Part shown: piece by piece, positions 22,516 through 32,505 of the stretch
How positions within the stretch are numbered: the first letter of the stretch is position 1
Layout: each line of letters begins with the position of its first letter
From: an uncultured Methanosarcinaceae archaeon
GTDB lineage: Archaea > Halobacteriota > Methanosarcinia > Methanosarcinales > Methanosarcinaceae
DNA length: 52,426 nucleotides
Assembly: GCA_963721455.1 (NCBI GenBank)
Contig: CAVRJG010000012.1
Location: 1-52,426 of the forward strand
Reading direction: 5' to 3'
Notes under the pieces: generated by a model
What the model saw: the letters and a program-made list of their open reading frames with translations, nothing else
The model's database searches: none
Told to the model about the DNA's origin: nothing
Position numbers and translations under genes: made by a program

Positions 22516-23481
22516 ATGACTGCCGTCTTTAAGCACCACTTTGAACTGCTAATCGCTTGCATAATTTATGGTACCGTCGGAATCTACATGGCATGGCTAG
22601 AGGACATGTCAGTAGGCTCAATTATTTTTTACCGAGTGCTCTTTGGACTTTCAGCCATTTTATGTTATCTTGCCATTACCGGGAATTTAGGCCAGCTCGC
22701 TCTAAAAAGAAAGAAAAATTACCTGCTTCTCCTGGGAATCCTGTATGTTTCGCAAATGTTTTCCTACTATTCTGCAATTCGTTATTTAGGAGCCTCTTCA
22801 GCAGTCCTGCTGCTCTATACGGACCCCATTTACCTAACCTTCCTTGCACCTCTCCTGCTGGGAGAAAAGAATACGGGAAAAACTATCTTTGCCCTTTTCC
22901 TTGGCCTGATAGGCGTCTTCTATGTAACAAGGCCGGAAGGAGGCTTCGAGCAGCTTGAAGTTGGCAGCAATTACCTTAAAGGAGTGCTTTTCGGGCTTAC
23001 AGGAGGCCTTTTCAGCAGTGGCGTAATAATCTCGGTCCGTTACCTAAGAAACGAATACAACGGCCTCACCCAGCTCTTCTGGCAGAGTACAATCAGCCTG
23101 TTCTTCCTTTCACCGTTTGCAGTCTCCGTTCCAGGGAATGTGCTTGCCTCAAATCTTCCAGTCCTGATGCTCTTCGGGGTTTTGATTACCGGTATTGGGG
23201 CAGTGTTTTACATAAGAGGTGTAACAGGCGTAAGCGCTATCACAGGCAGCATCCTTACTTTGCTTGAGCCGGTTTCCTGTATCTTTTTTGATTATACGGT
23301 ACTCGGAAACCCGATTCACAGCGGAATGCTTATTGGCTGTGTTTTCATCCTGGCTGCGGCAATTGTAATAAGCCTGAACGATTCATTTTCCCTGAAAAAA
23401 CTGATTTTCGGGGACAAAATAGCGTTTGGCAAAAAGATTTTTGTCAGGAAAACACAAATTTTAGGAGTACAGAATAAATAA
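22516..23481 (+). CDS. DMT/EamA family transporter
   Basis: Ten-TM pattern with LLYTDP...LLGEK and LLEP. Confidence 0.85.
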   Translation: MTAVFKHHFELLIACIIYGTVGIYMAWLEDMSVGSIIFYRVLFGLSAILCYLAITGNLGQLALKRKKNYLLLLGILYVSQMFSYYSAIRYLGASSAVLLLYTDPIYLTFLAPLLLGEKNTGKTIFALFLGLIGVFYVTRPEGGFEQLEVGSNYLKGVLFGLTGGLFSSGVIISVRYLRNEYNGLTQLFWQSTISLFFLSPFAVSVPGNVLASNLPVLMLFGVLITGIGAVFYIRGVTGVSAITGSILTLLEPVSCIFFDYTVLGNPIHSGMLIGCVFILAAAIVISLNDSFSLKKLIFGDKIAFGKKIFVRKTQILGVQNK

Positions 23482-23610
23482 ATCTTATCTTCCATTTTTA
23501 TCTTTTTTAATGAACCTTTTTCACATGCGTTTTTTCAGAAAGAATGTTCTTTCCCTACATTTCTTCCCGCGTCCAAAAAATATATATCTGCAGTCTCTTA
23601 ATTCTCGGCC

Positions 23611-24492
23611 ATGCCTGTACAGGAAAGCTCTTTAAAGCCGTATTCAGAAGTTGTAACTGGCAGTGTAATCTACGGCACTATAGGTGTTTTTCTGGATAGG
23701 GTCCAGGATATGTCAGTTGGGTCTGTTCTTTTCTCCAGGCTCTTTTTTGGCGTCTGCATGATTTTTATTTACCTGCTGCTCAGTCGAGGGCTTGGACAAC
23801 TGAAGCCCGGGAAGAAGAGAAAATACCTTTTACTCCTTGGCCTTCTGAATGCGATTACAGGCATGTGCTATTTTTCATCTATCAGATATAGCGGCATCTC
23901 CGTTGCCGTTCTTCTGCTTTATACTGCCCCTGTGTATGTTAATTTGCTTGCCCCTCCAATTCTGGGAGAACGCAGCAACAGCAAAAGCCTTTTCCCACTC
24001 TTGCTTGCAGTTGCAGGGGTTTTACTGATCGCCCGTCCCGGAGAATTTCTGATGAGCGTAGAGACAGGCCCCGATTTCCAGAAAGGCCTCATATTCGGCC
24101 TGCTTTCAGGGCTGTCGTTCGGTACGACTATAATAATGATCCGGTATCTCAGGCATGATTACACAGGGATGGCTCAGACTTTCTGGCTGAGTGGAATAAG
24201 CCTTCTCTTTATGCTGCCGTCTGCACTTTCCACTCCAGTTCCTGTTTTCCTTGAAAACCTCAACACTTTGCTTCTCTTCGGTTTCACTGTCACGTTCGCT
24301 GCCGTTATCTACCTCAGAGGAATTTCAGGAATCAGGGCACAGGCAGGAAGTATCCTTGCTCTTGTCGAGCCGGTTTCCGGAATTTTCTTCGACAGCGTTG
24401 TCCTTAAAAATCCGCTCTATATGTCGACCCTTCTGGGCTGCAGTTTCATTCTCACAGCAGCTTATATTGTAAGCAGAGGGGAATTGAAGTAA
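23611..24492 (+). CDS. DMT/EamA family transporter (tandem paralog)
   Basis: IYGTIG, QDMSVGS, LLLYTAP and LVEPVSG all parallel the upstream paralog. Confidence 0.85.
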   Translation: MPVQESSLKPYSEVVTGSVIYGTIGVFLDRVQDMSVGSVLFSRLFFGVCMIFIYLLLSRGLGQLKPGKKRKYLLLLGLLNAITGMCYFSSIRYSGISVAVLLLYTAPVYVNLLAPPILGERSNSKSLFPLLLAVAGVLLIARPGEFLMSVETGPDFQKGLIFGLLSGLSFGTTIIMIRYLRHDYTGMAQTFWLSGISLLFMLPSALSTPVPVFLENLNTLLLFGFTVTFAAVIYLRGISGIRAQAGSILALVEPVSGIFFDSVVLKNPLYMSTLLGCSFILTAAYIVSRGELK

Positions 24493-24639
24493 AGGCGCTA
24501 CACGTCTTATATCTGGAAAAGATGAACTGCCGCCCTAAAAACAAAGGTTTCTGCAGGGTACCGCGTCTTCTGCCCAAAAGCTATTTACTTAAGAGCCCCT
24601 CTATTTTTCATACAATGGTTTTAAAAACGCAGGAAAAGC

Positions 24640-25323
24640 ATGACCGAAGAAAGCCCAATTATCGAGCTTAAAAACCTGACAAAAATCTATAAAAACGGAA
24701 TGGAATTTCGAGCGCTCGACAACGCAAATCTGAAAATTAAAATGAGAGAGTTCGTTGCAATTGTAGGGCCATCGGGTTCAGGCAAAAGTACTCTTATGCA
24801 CCTGATAGGCTTGCTGGATACCCCAAGTTCGGGGACACTCCTGATAGACGACAATGATGTAACGAAAATGTCGGACAAGGAGCGTTCAGAAATGCGGAAC
24901 AGAATGCTCGGTTTTGTCTTCCAGTACCATCATCTTCTCCCGGATTTCACAGCCCTGGAAAATGTAATAATGCAAATTTTGATTGCAGGAAAAAACAGGA
25001 AAAAAGCAAAGGAAATTGCCGAAAAACTTCTGAAAGAGGTAGGGCTTGAAGACCGGACAGACCACAGGACTGGGGAACTTTCAGGAGGACAAAACCAGAG
25101 GGTTGCAGTTGCAAGAGCACTGAGCTGCTCTCCTGCGATCGTTCTCGGGGACGAGCCTACCGGCAACCTTGATACAAAAACGGGTAACCTCATCTATGAA
25201 CTGCTCAGGCGGCTGAACAGGGAGTACAATCAGACGTTTATCGTGGTTACTCATAACGAAGACATGGCCTCAAAAGCTGACAGGATTATCAGGCTTGTGG
25301 ACGGGAAAATTACAAATCAGTGA
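24640..25323 (+). CDS. ABC transporter ATP-binding protein (LolD/MacB-like)
   Basis: GPSGSGKST, LSGGQNQRVA, DEPTGNLD and VTH motifs. Confidence 0.92.
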   Translation: MTEESPIIELKNLTKIYKNGMEFRALDNANLKIKMREFVAIVGPSGSGKSTLMHLIGLLDTPSSGTLLIDDNDVTKMSDKERSEMRNRMLGFVFQYHHLLPDFTALENVIMQILIAGKNRKKAKEIAEKLLKEVGLEDRTDHRTGELSGGQNQRVAVARALSCSPAIVLGDEPTGNLDTKTGNLIYELLRRLNREYNQTFIVVTHNEDMASKADRIIRLVDGKITNQ

Positions 25324-25332
25324 GGATAAAAG

Positions 25333-25788
25333 ATGGAGTATGCAAAAGGAAGAATAGGCAGGGTCTTTACTGTCAGGATCGATCATGGGGATGACCTGAT
25401 TCTGGAACTGATCAAACTTGCTGAACTCGAACGAATCGAATCTGCTGTTTTTACACTGATCGGGGCATTAAAAGAAGCGGAGCTTGTTACAGGCCCTAAA
25501 GAAAGTATAACCCCCCCGGAACCTGTATGGTCCGGCTTTGATGACGTCCATGAGATTCTGGGAATAGGAAATATTTTCCTGAAGAACGGAAAGCCGGAAA
25601 TCCACCTGCATGCAGGAGCAGGTAGGGGAGAGAATGTTAAACTGGGATGTTTGAGGGGTGAAAGCGAAGTTTTTATGGTAGTCGAGGCTTTCATTTTTGA
25701 GCTGGAAGGTATTTCTGCCAGAAGAACTACAGATAGAGAACAGGGCTTTGCTCCTGTGGGTTTCGAACAGGTTCAGGATCTTGAATAA
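25333..25788 (+). CDS. PPC/DUF296 domain protein
   Basis: VRIDHGDDL, IGAL, EILGIGN, IHLHA and GCL motifs. Confidence 0.85.
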   Translation: MEYAKGRIGRVFTVRIDHGDDLILELIKLAELERIESAVFTLIGALKEAELVTGPKESITPPEPVWSGFDDVHEILGIGNIFLKNGKPEIHLHAGAGRGENVKLGCLRGESEVFMVVEAFIFELEGISARRTTDREQGFAPVGFEQVQDLE

Positions 25789-25892
25789 TATCTGGATAAA
25801 ACAAGCCTACAGTCAGTGCTCGAAAGTTTGGGATATAATACGAGAATTGAGAATACAGTCCGATAAAACAGGTCTGGCAGTTTTCCTCAAGC

Positions 25893-26285
25893 TCAGTTTT
25901 GAAATACTATCTCCAGTTCTCGAAGTCTTCTGAGTGCGATTATTTTTTCAGTGTTGCCTTTTAAAAATTTTTCCTCAAGAACCTGTACAATTTGCGGGAA
26001 GGGCACTGTTAACTGGTAGTACTTTACAGGTCTGCCTTTTCCTTTATTCTTTTTTTCGGACCTTTCGTCCACCCAGCCCTTATCCCTCAGGGGACGCATA
26101 GCTACACTCACTTCCGGCTGTCTGAGCCCTGAAACAAGTTCAATGTGAAGGGACCGGAGTTCCCTGCAGTCTTTCAGACACACGATCGCTGTGGCCTCCG
26201 TCCTCGGGAGTCCCAGGCTCTGGAGCATGTCAATAATTGAATACTCTTTTTCGGTTAAATTAACGGGAGAATCGTCGGTCATCAA
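25893..26285 (-). CDS. Winged-helix transcriptional regulator
   Basis: IELVSGLRQPEVSVAM...GKGRPVKYY, a methanogen wHTH family pattern. Confidence 0.8.
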   Translation of the reverse strand: MMTDDSPVNLTEKEYSIIDMLQSLGLPRTEATAIVCLKDCRELRSLHIELVSGLRQPEVSVAMRPLRDKGWVDERSEKKNKGKGRPVKYYQLTVPFPQIVQVLEEKFLKGNTEKIIALRRLRELEIVFQN

Positions 26286-26826
26286 AAGTGAATAATACTT
26301 TCATGTTTATATATTTTATGTAGATAAAATTGTTTTTTGAAATAAATTGAGTATTGTTAAGGAGTAAAAAGCCATCTAACCCTACCAAAACCTTTTTTTA
26401 GGAAGTTTTAATATAAAAGCCCGTATTAACAAATATCCGGTAAAAAATCGGTTTTGTAATCCTGACCAAAACCTTTAAAGCTAGTGTTTACAGGAAATGG
26501 ACATTCATCAAACGCTGACAGCCTGAGTTAAAGGTTATAAATAAGGAAATATCTGCAAACACTCTGAAGTATAACACTCTATATTTATACGGTTGCGGAT
26601 ATTGGATACCTGAAGCAAAGGTATTTCTGGATTCAGGAATTCAACATATAATCTTCAAATGTTAAATAGAATTTCTTATAAGAAACTAGCGTAAAACTTA
26701 ATTAAAATTATTCGCGTTAACCGAATAAAGAATTAAATACAATTCGGATGTGTAACGGTTAAGTCAAGGTTAAGCTTCAAATAACAGAATATATGTATAG
26801 ATAGATCAGAGATTAAAAAGGGTGAA

Positions 26827-28116
26827 ATGATGTCGTATATCGGTCTACAGCAGGATTCTGGAGAATATAAAATCCAAAAGATACATGCTCGGGAGATCCT
26901 GGATTCAAGGGGAAATCCCACTATTGAAGTTGATGTGTTTACACCAAAGGGATTTGGCAGAGCCAGTGTCCCTTCAGGGGCTTCCACTGGTACGAATGAA
27001 GCCCTTGAACTGCGGGATGCAGACCCTAACAGGTATGGAGGAAAAGGAGTTCTCACTGCAGTCAAAAATGTGAATACGATCATCCAGAAGGAATTGCTGG
27101 GGCTCGATGTGCGAAATCAGCGGGAAATCGATGAGCTTATGATAGAGCTCGACGAGACCGATAACAAATCAAATCTGGGAGCAAATGCGATTCTTGGTGT
27201 ATCCATGGCTGTTGCAAAAGCAGCTGCCGATTCCCTCAATATTCCTCTTTATCGCTATTTCGGAGGCTCAAACGCTTTTACCCTGCCAGTACCCACAATG
27301 AATGTCCTTAACGGGGGCAAGCATGCAGGCAACGAGCTTGCAATCCAGGAATTCATGATTCAGCCCAAAGGTGCGGAGACCTTTTACGAAGCTCTTCAGA
27401 TCGGGACAGATATCTACCATGTCCTTGGAAAGTTACTGGAAAAAAAATACGGCAAGTCTTCTACGAACGTGGGCTATGAAGGAGGATATGCTCCCAAGAT
27501 GAGCGAGTCAACAGAAGCCCTTGATGCCCTTGTCCAGGCTATTGAGGAAACGGGCTACACCGAATCTGAAGTCACAATCGGGCTTGATGCTGCAGCATCC
27601 GAGTTTTATGAAGAAGAATTCTACACAATCGACGGAAAGAAACTTGCTGCTCCGGAACTGCTGGACTACTACGTCGAACTTGTGAACTCTTATCCCATCC
27701 TTTCCATCGAAGACCCCTTCCATGAAGAAGCCTTCGAGGACTTCGAAGCCCTGACCAATGAGCTCTGGGATACGATCATTGTAGGGGACGACCTGTTTGT
27801 CACTAACATCGAGAGACTTTCCAGAGGCGTGGACATGGGAGCTGCAAATGCACTTCTCTTGAAGATTAACCAGATCGGAACACTTTCTGAAGCTTTTGAC
27901 GCTGCAACCATGGCCTCCAGAAACGGATATACAGTAATTGTAAGCCACCGTTCCGCCGAAACCGAAGACACTACCATCTCGGATCTCTCAGTTGCCATCG
28001 GGGCAGAAATGATCAAGACAGGAGCCCCGGCCCGTGGAGAAAGAACTGCAAAATATAATCAGCTCCTCAGAATCGAGGAGGACCTGGGTGAAGTTGCACA
28101 TTACGTGCAGCTCTAA
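26827..28116 (+). CDS. eno: Enolase
   Basis: REILDSRGNPT, VPSGASTG, GDDLFVTN, LLKINQIGT, SHRSAET and IKTGAP motifs. Confidence 0.97.
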   Translation: MMSYIGLQQDSGEYKIQKIHAREILDSRGNPTIEVDVFTPKGFGRASVPSGASTGTNEALELRDADPNRYGGKGVLTAVKNVNTIIQKELLGLDVRNQREIDELMIELDETDNKSNLGANAILGVSMAVAKAAADSLNIPLYRYFGGSNAFTLPVPTMNVLNGGKHAGNELAIQEFMIQPKGAETFYEALQIGTDIYHVLGKLLEKKYGKSSTNVGYEGGYAPKMSESTEALDALVQAIEETGYTESEVTIGLDAAASEFYEEEFYTIDGKKLAAPELLDYYVELVNSYPILSIEDPFHEEAFEDFEALTNELWDTIIVGDDLFVTNIERLSRGVDMGAANALLLKINQIGTLSEAFDAATMASRNGYTVIVSHRSAETEDTTISDLSVAIGAEMIKTGAPARGERTAKYNQLLRIEEDLGEVAHYVQL

Positions 28117-28120
28117 CCTT

Positions 28121-28192
28121 TTTTTAACTTTCTTTTTAACTTTCTTTTTAACTTTCTTTTTAACTTTCTTTTTAACTTTCTTTTTAACTTCC
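28121..28192. repeat. Tandem repeat, 6 x 12 bp (TTTTTAACTTTC), followed by a pyrimidine tract to ~28340; probable terminator region
   Basis: Counted directly, just after the eno stop codon. Confidence 0.9.
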
Positions 28193-28586
28193 TTTGATTT
28201 TCCTTATTTTTCGCTCTTTTTCTCTTTTTATCTCTATTTCCCTCCCTTATTTTCTCTTTCTTTCCTTTTTATCTCTTATTTTCTCTTTCTTTCTCTATTT
28301 TTTCCTCTATTTTTCTCTTTTCTCCTTAATTTTGAGTTCGTTTTCTGAGCATTAGAAACTGATTTATAATCAGCCCCGCAAGAATGAATTACAGGAATAA
28401 ATTACCTGAGCTCCCTCATATCTTAAATGTAAGAAGAACCGCTGAAAGCACGGAAAACACGGAATAAAGGAAAAACGGCTACAGTTTCCGTACTTTTTGT
28501 ATTTTTCGTGGTTATAGAGTTTTTTGTGATAATGTCTCTCTGACTGAAAGACCCTCATACATATCCAGATCCAGGAGTTTGTCCAG

Positions 28587-29358
28587 GTGTACGAACTGAA
28601 AATCTCTTTGAGGCAGGTTTTTTCCAGAAGAAGGCAAACCTTTTTTGCCATCCTTGCAGTTGCCCTGGTTGTAGCTGTAATTACGGTAATGATGGCGATG
28701 CTTTCGGGTTTTCAGGCGGAGTTTATATGGTCAAGTATTGAAAATAATCCTAATATTGTTATCAATTCTCAGAGTGAAGGGGATTTCATTCACCTCTACA
28801 GGTACATGTCAACCCAGATTGCGGGAAAAGAAGGGGTTGTGGCCGGTATCTCCCAAATACCTGGGTCAGGCAGCGCTGGAGTACCGGAACAACGCTGAAG
28901 GGATTTCTCTTCAGGGAGTTGAACCTGAGGCTGAGGATCTCGTTCTGAAGATTAGCAAAGATGTGGTCGAAGGAGACTTCCTTGCCCTCGTCCACACAAG
29001 GCACGGAATCATGCTGGGGGACAAGCTTGCAGAAAATCTTGAGGTTCAGCCGGGAGACCGCGCGGATGCCTTTTTTCCGGGATCGCAAACGACTTCCTTT
29101 AAGGTTGTAGGTCTTATTCACACAGGGGCTGTCGCAGACGAGGTAACAGTCTATGCAAGGCTTGATGCGGTGCAGGAATTTTTCAATGAACCTGGGGTTG
29201 TGAGCACAATAGGAATCAGGGTTGCAGATCCTTACCAGGCAGATATTATCGCAAGTTCGATTGAGAGAGAAAACGGGCTTGATGCAGTCAGCTGGATCGA
29301 GACAAATGCAGAAATCCTTAATCTCCTGGATACCCAAAAAATCCTTGTAAATATATTC
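28587..29358 (+). pseudogene. LolC/E-FtsX type ABC permease, frameshifted (~28845) and truncated by a MITE
   Basis: RRRQTFFAILAVALVVAV N-terminus. An extra G in GCCGGTATCT shifts the frame. Coding similarity ends exactly at the MITE TIR at 29359. Confidence 0.8.
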
Positions 29359-29507
29359 GGTTCCGTTGCAAAAAATCTGGCTTTTTCACAAAATCAGTAA
29401 AAACCATCACAATTCGGAAAGTTAATCATTTTTATTCGGGAGAAAATGATACACAAGGGTGAAAATTATAGTGTCAAATTGCAGAAATATTTTTTTGCAA
29501 CGGAACC
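29359..29507. mobile_element. 149-bp MITE with IS6-like TIRs
   Basis: GGTTCCGTTGCAAAAAA ... TTTTTTGCAACGGAACC, a perfect 17-bp pair resembling IS6-family ends (GGTTCTGTTGCAAA). Confidence 0.8.
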
Positions 29508-29553
29508 AAAATCTGAGCTTTGCGAAGAGTTTAGGGAGGGGTAGTTGACTCGC

Positions 29554-30615
29554 TTATTCATCCAGAAGAACAACAGGTTTGATCAGATCTCTTGGTTTTT
29601 CTTTCATGAGCATGAGAGCCTCTTCCATTTTGTCGAATCCTTCGAATAAGTGGGTGGCCATTTTTTCCGGTTTTATTCTTCCGTAGGTACATAGGTTTGC
29701 CATTCTTTCCATTCTCAGACGACCTCCGGTTGTCAGGCCACCACGTATGTCTTTTTGAGACATGCCCGACCCCCATTCAATACGTGGAATGGGAAGTATG
29801 TTTCCGGTTCCGTAGTAATTGACGTTTGATACCGTGCCTCCAGGTTTTACAATTTTGACTGCATCTGAAATTGTGTTTTCATTTCCTCCTGCTATGATTA
29901 CAGAGTCCACACCTTTTCCATTCGTCTTTTTAAGAATTTGTTCGACAAGTCCACCGCTTCTGTAATCAATAATTTCAGATGCTCCGTATTCCAGAGCAAG
30001 ATCAACAGAGACTTTCCGACTTCCTACTGCAATGAGCCTACCAGCACCAAGAATAGATGCACCTGCCACTGCCATCAGACCAACAGGACCAATTCCTATG
30101 ACTGCAACTGTAGAGCCCGTTTTAATATTTGCCATTTCTGCACCCTGTATTCCAGTAGTTGCCATATCTGATAGCATGACAGCTTGTTCGAGGGGCATTC
30201 CTTTTGGAAGTAGAGCTAAATTCATGTCTGCATCATTTACATGGAAACATTCTGCAAAGACTCCACTTTTGAAGTTTGAAAACTTCCATCCAGAAAGCAT
30301 TCCATTTGAGTGCATAGGTATTCCATCCTGTGCCTCCATGGATCGCCAGTCAGGTGTAATTGCAGGAACAATCACTTTATCGCTTGGTTTGAAGTCTTTG
30401 ACCTCTGATCCGATTTCTTCTATAATACCTACAGCTTCATGTCCTAAAATCATGTTTTTGCGGTCTCCAAGTGCACCTTCCCAGACAGTATGAACATCTG
30501 ATGTACACGGCGCGACCGCAATAGGCCTCACGATTGCATCATATGGTCCTGCTGAAGGTCTTTCAGTATCAATCCAGCCTACTTTTCCAATTTCAAGCAT
30601 TGCAAATCCTTTCAT
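29554..30615 (-). CDS. adh: NADP-dependent secondary alcohol (isopropanol) dehydrogenase, Zn-MDR family
   Basis: MKGFAMLEIGKVGWI...VAPCTSDVHTV...LGHE...SDM...GIGPVG...VGSR, the Thermoanaerobacter/Clostridium beijerinckii ADH type. Confidence 0.9.
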   Translation of the reverse strand: MKGFAMLEIGKVGWIDTERPSAGPYDAIVRPIAVAPCTSDVHTVWEGALGDRKNMILGHEAVGIIEEIGSEVKDFKPSDKVIVPAITPDWRSMEAQDGIPMHSNGMLSGWKFSNFKSGVFAECFHVNDADMNLALLPKGMPLEQAVMLSDMATTGIQGAEMANIKTGSTVAVIGIGPVGLMAVAGASILGAGRLIAVGSRKVSVDLALEYGASEIIDYRSGGLVEQILKKTNGKGVDSVIIAGGNENTISDAVKIVKPGGTVSNVNYYGTGNILPIPRIEWGSGMSQKDIRGGLTTGGRLRMERMANLCTYGRIKPEKMATHLFEGFDKMEEALMLMKEKPRDLIKPVVLLDE

Positions 30616-30732
30616 ATTATTACACCAACCTTTTCAAAATAATTATTTTTCAATGTTTTTTATAATAACCCGCGTATTCATCTGCTGTAGTGGTATTTAT
30701 AATTACTAAGGATGGAAACTTGAATTTTATTT

Positions 30733-30912
30733 GGCTCTTCGTTGTTTTGTGTGGGTTGAAAATAATTGCTTAGTTAGAAATTTGGTCGGCCAAAAAGAGG
30801 AACATCAAGCTTGAATGTGGTTTTCAACAACAAATGGGTTCTAAATTTCAGATATGCTACTTTAACATTCAGGAGATGAATAAAAGTTACCTACTCGAAA
30901 CAGCGAAGAGCC
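30733..30912. mobile_element. ~180-bp MITE (GGCTCTTCG family), diverged copy
   Basis: TIRs GGCTCTTCGTTGTTT / AAACAGCGAAGAGCC. The interior is homologous to 35103-35280 and 48075-48252. Confidence 0.85.
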
Positions 30913-30951
30913 TATAATCCTTTATCTTAGGCTTTAATGATTAAATCAATA

Positions 30952-31884
30952 TCAGTATATTTTATTCATATTCTCGACTATCTCTGTTTGATTTATAAAA
31001 TTACGCACAACCTCAAGATATTCGCCTGTGTTTTCAAGGTGATGTTCATGTGATGCGCCTTCAAAGATAACAATCTCAGATCCTGGAAGCATGCTATGAT
31101 AGTATGCAGTTGTAGACGGGGTAGCCTCATCATATTGTCCGCAGGTGAAAAGGGTTGGGACGGTTATTTTTTTCAGCTGATCTACTCGCTCATAGCCTTT
31201 GAGCGTTCCTGTAACTGTGAACTCGCTTGGACCCCACATGTGCTCATAGACTTCATGCCCTAACTTTTCCAAAGTTCTATTTAGGCAGTCCGGCCAAGGG
31301 TCTAGGCGGCAGACATGGATCTTATAATAGGCCATCATAGCATCTTGATATTCCTTGGAGCCGAAGTATCCAGATGCCTCGCTTTCATTGATTATTCTTT
31401 GTAGAGTATCAGGAAGCTCCGAAAGATAGACTTTCTGATCTGAGACGAAGCGAGAAGAACTGAGGCAAGGGCCTGAGAGAATCAGGCTTACTACATCCTT
31501 CGGTTCCTTAGTTAACATAAAATCGACGGCTAACATAGTTCCCCATGATTGGCCATGCAGATGCATTTTATCAAGACCCAAATAGGTTCTAACCTGTTCA
31601 AGTTCATTTACGAAACGCTCGATGGTCCAAAGTGATATATCGCTAGGTTTATCGGAGTTTCCACACCCGAGTTGATCATAGAAGATTACTGGCCTTTCAT
31701 CACTCAAAGCTTCAAAGGGCTCAAGGTAGTCATGAGGTGCGCCAGGGCCACCGTGCAATACCAAAAGTGGGATATTTTTCCTATTTATTCCGACAATTTT
31801 ATACCATATATTTCCACCAGTTACAGGAATATAACCCTCGATAATTTTGGCACTATCCCTTCCTTCATATCTCACAATTATCAT
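30952..31884 (-). CDS. pip: Proline iminopeptidase family alpha/beta hydrolase
   Basis: LHGGPG, YDQLGCGNS, GQSWG nucleophile, MWGPSEF, GQYDE and ASHEHH motifs. Confidence 0.88.
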   Translation of the reverse strand: MIIVRYEGRDSAKIIEGYIPVTGGNIWYKIVGINRKNIPLLVLHGGPGAPHDYLEPFEALSDERPVIFYDQLGCGNSDKPSDISLWTIERFVNELEQVRTYLGLDKMHLHGQSWGTMLAVDFMLTKEPKDVVSLILSGPCLSSSRFVSDQKVYLSELPDTLQRIINESEASGYFGSKEYQDAMMAYYKIHVCRLDPWPDCLNRTLEKLGHEVYEHMWGPSEFTVTGTLKGYERVDQLKKITVPTLFTCGQYDEATPSTTAYYHSMLPGSEIVIFEGASHEHHLENTGEYLEVVRNFINQTEIVENMNKIY

Positions 31885-32505
31885 CCCCTATTGGATATTA
31901 TATGCAAGCACTATATAATTGATCTCGGGGATTGTCAAGTTGCTTCGAGACTGCTCTCTAGATCCTTCTCTTTAGATCAATTCCAAATTCCTCAGAAGCT
32001 TATAGCTATCAGCAACATCTCGCTTCAGGATAGCCTTATTTCTTTTTTGTATTTTCTAACCTTTCGAACTTGACTTCTATGAACGCCTCGCTCCTGTATC
32101 TCTTCAATTCACTCTCACATTTCTCAAGGACAATCTTCTTTTGATTCAAAATCATCCCGATACTTTGGTTTTTGACTCTTAGCTTACCAGGGAAATTGGT
32201 AAGCTCACCTCATGGTTTGAAATAAGTGGCAGCCTCTGAGATAAGAAGATTTGAGTATAATGGGATATTATTGCATTTTTCGCTTTGAGTAATTATCTTC
32301 AGGCTCGTCATTCCTTAAAATTTGACAATAGGTCAAGAGTTTCAATTACTACATTAACTTGTCTTTTCAAAAAAGATGAAGGGCGATTAGCAGAAGCATA
32401 TATTTTATTATCTGTGAGGTAATATAATAATTTAAATCAATAAATTCATCGATTCACTAAATGGATTTGCTGTATCGTGCAGGAGGTAGTGTTATATTAG
32501 TACGA

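Noticed and set aside
1756-28192. Short tandem repeats (1756-1835, ~15081-15124, 28121-28192) as CRISPR arrays
   Set aside because: The units abut with no unique spacers, and there are no cas genes.
28034-28348. 104-aa Phe/Leu-rich ORF
   Set aside because: It is a translation artefact of the pyrimidine-rich repeat tract after eno.
31920-32350. Possible decayed gene or IS remnant, and similarly 39590-39960 and 43750-44350
   Set aside because: They have many stops in the frames I translated and no family I could recognise. BLASTX is needed.
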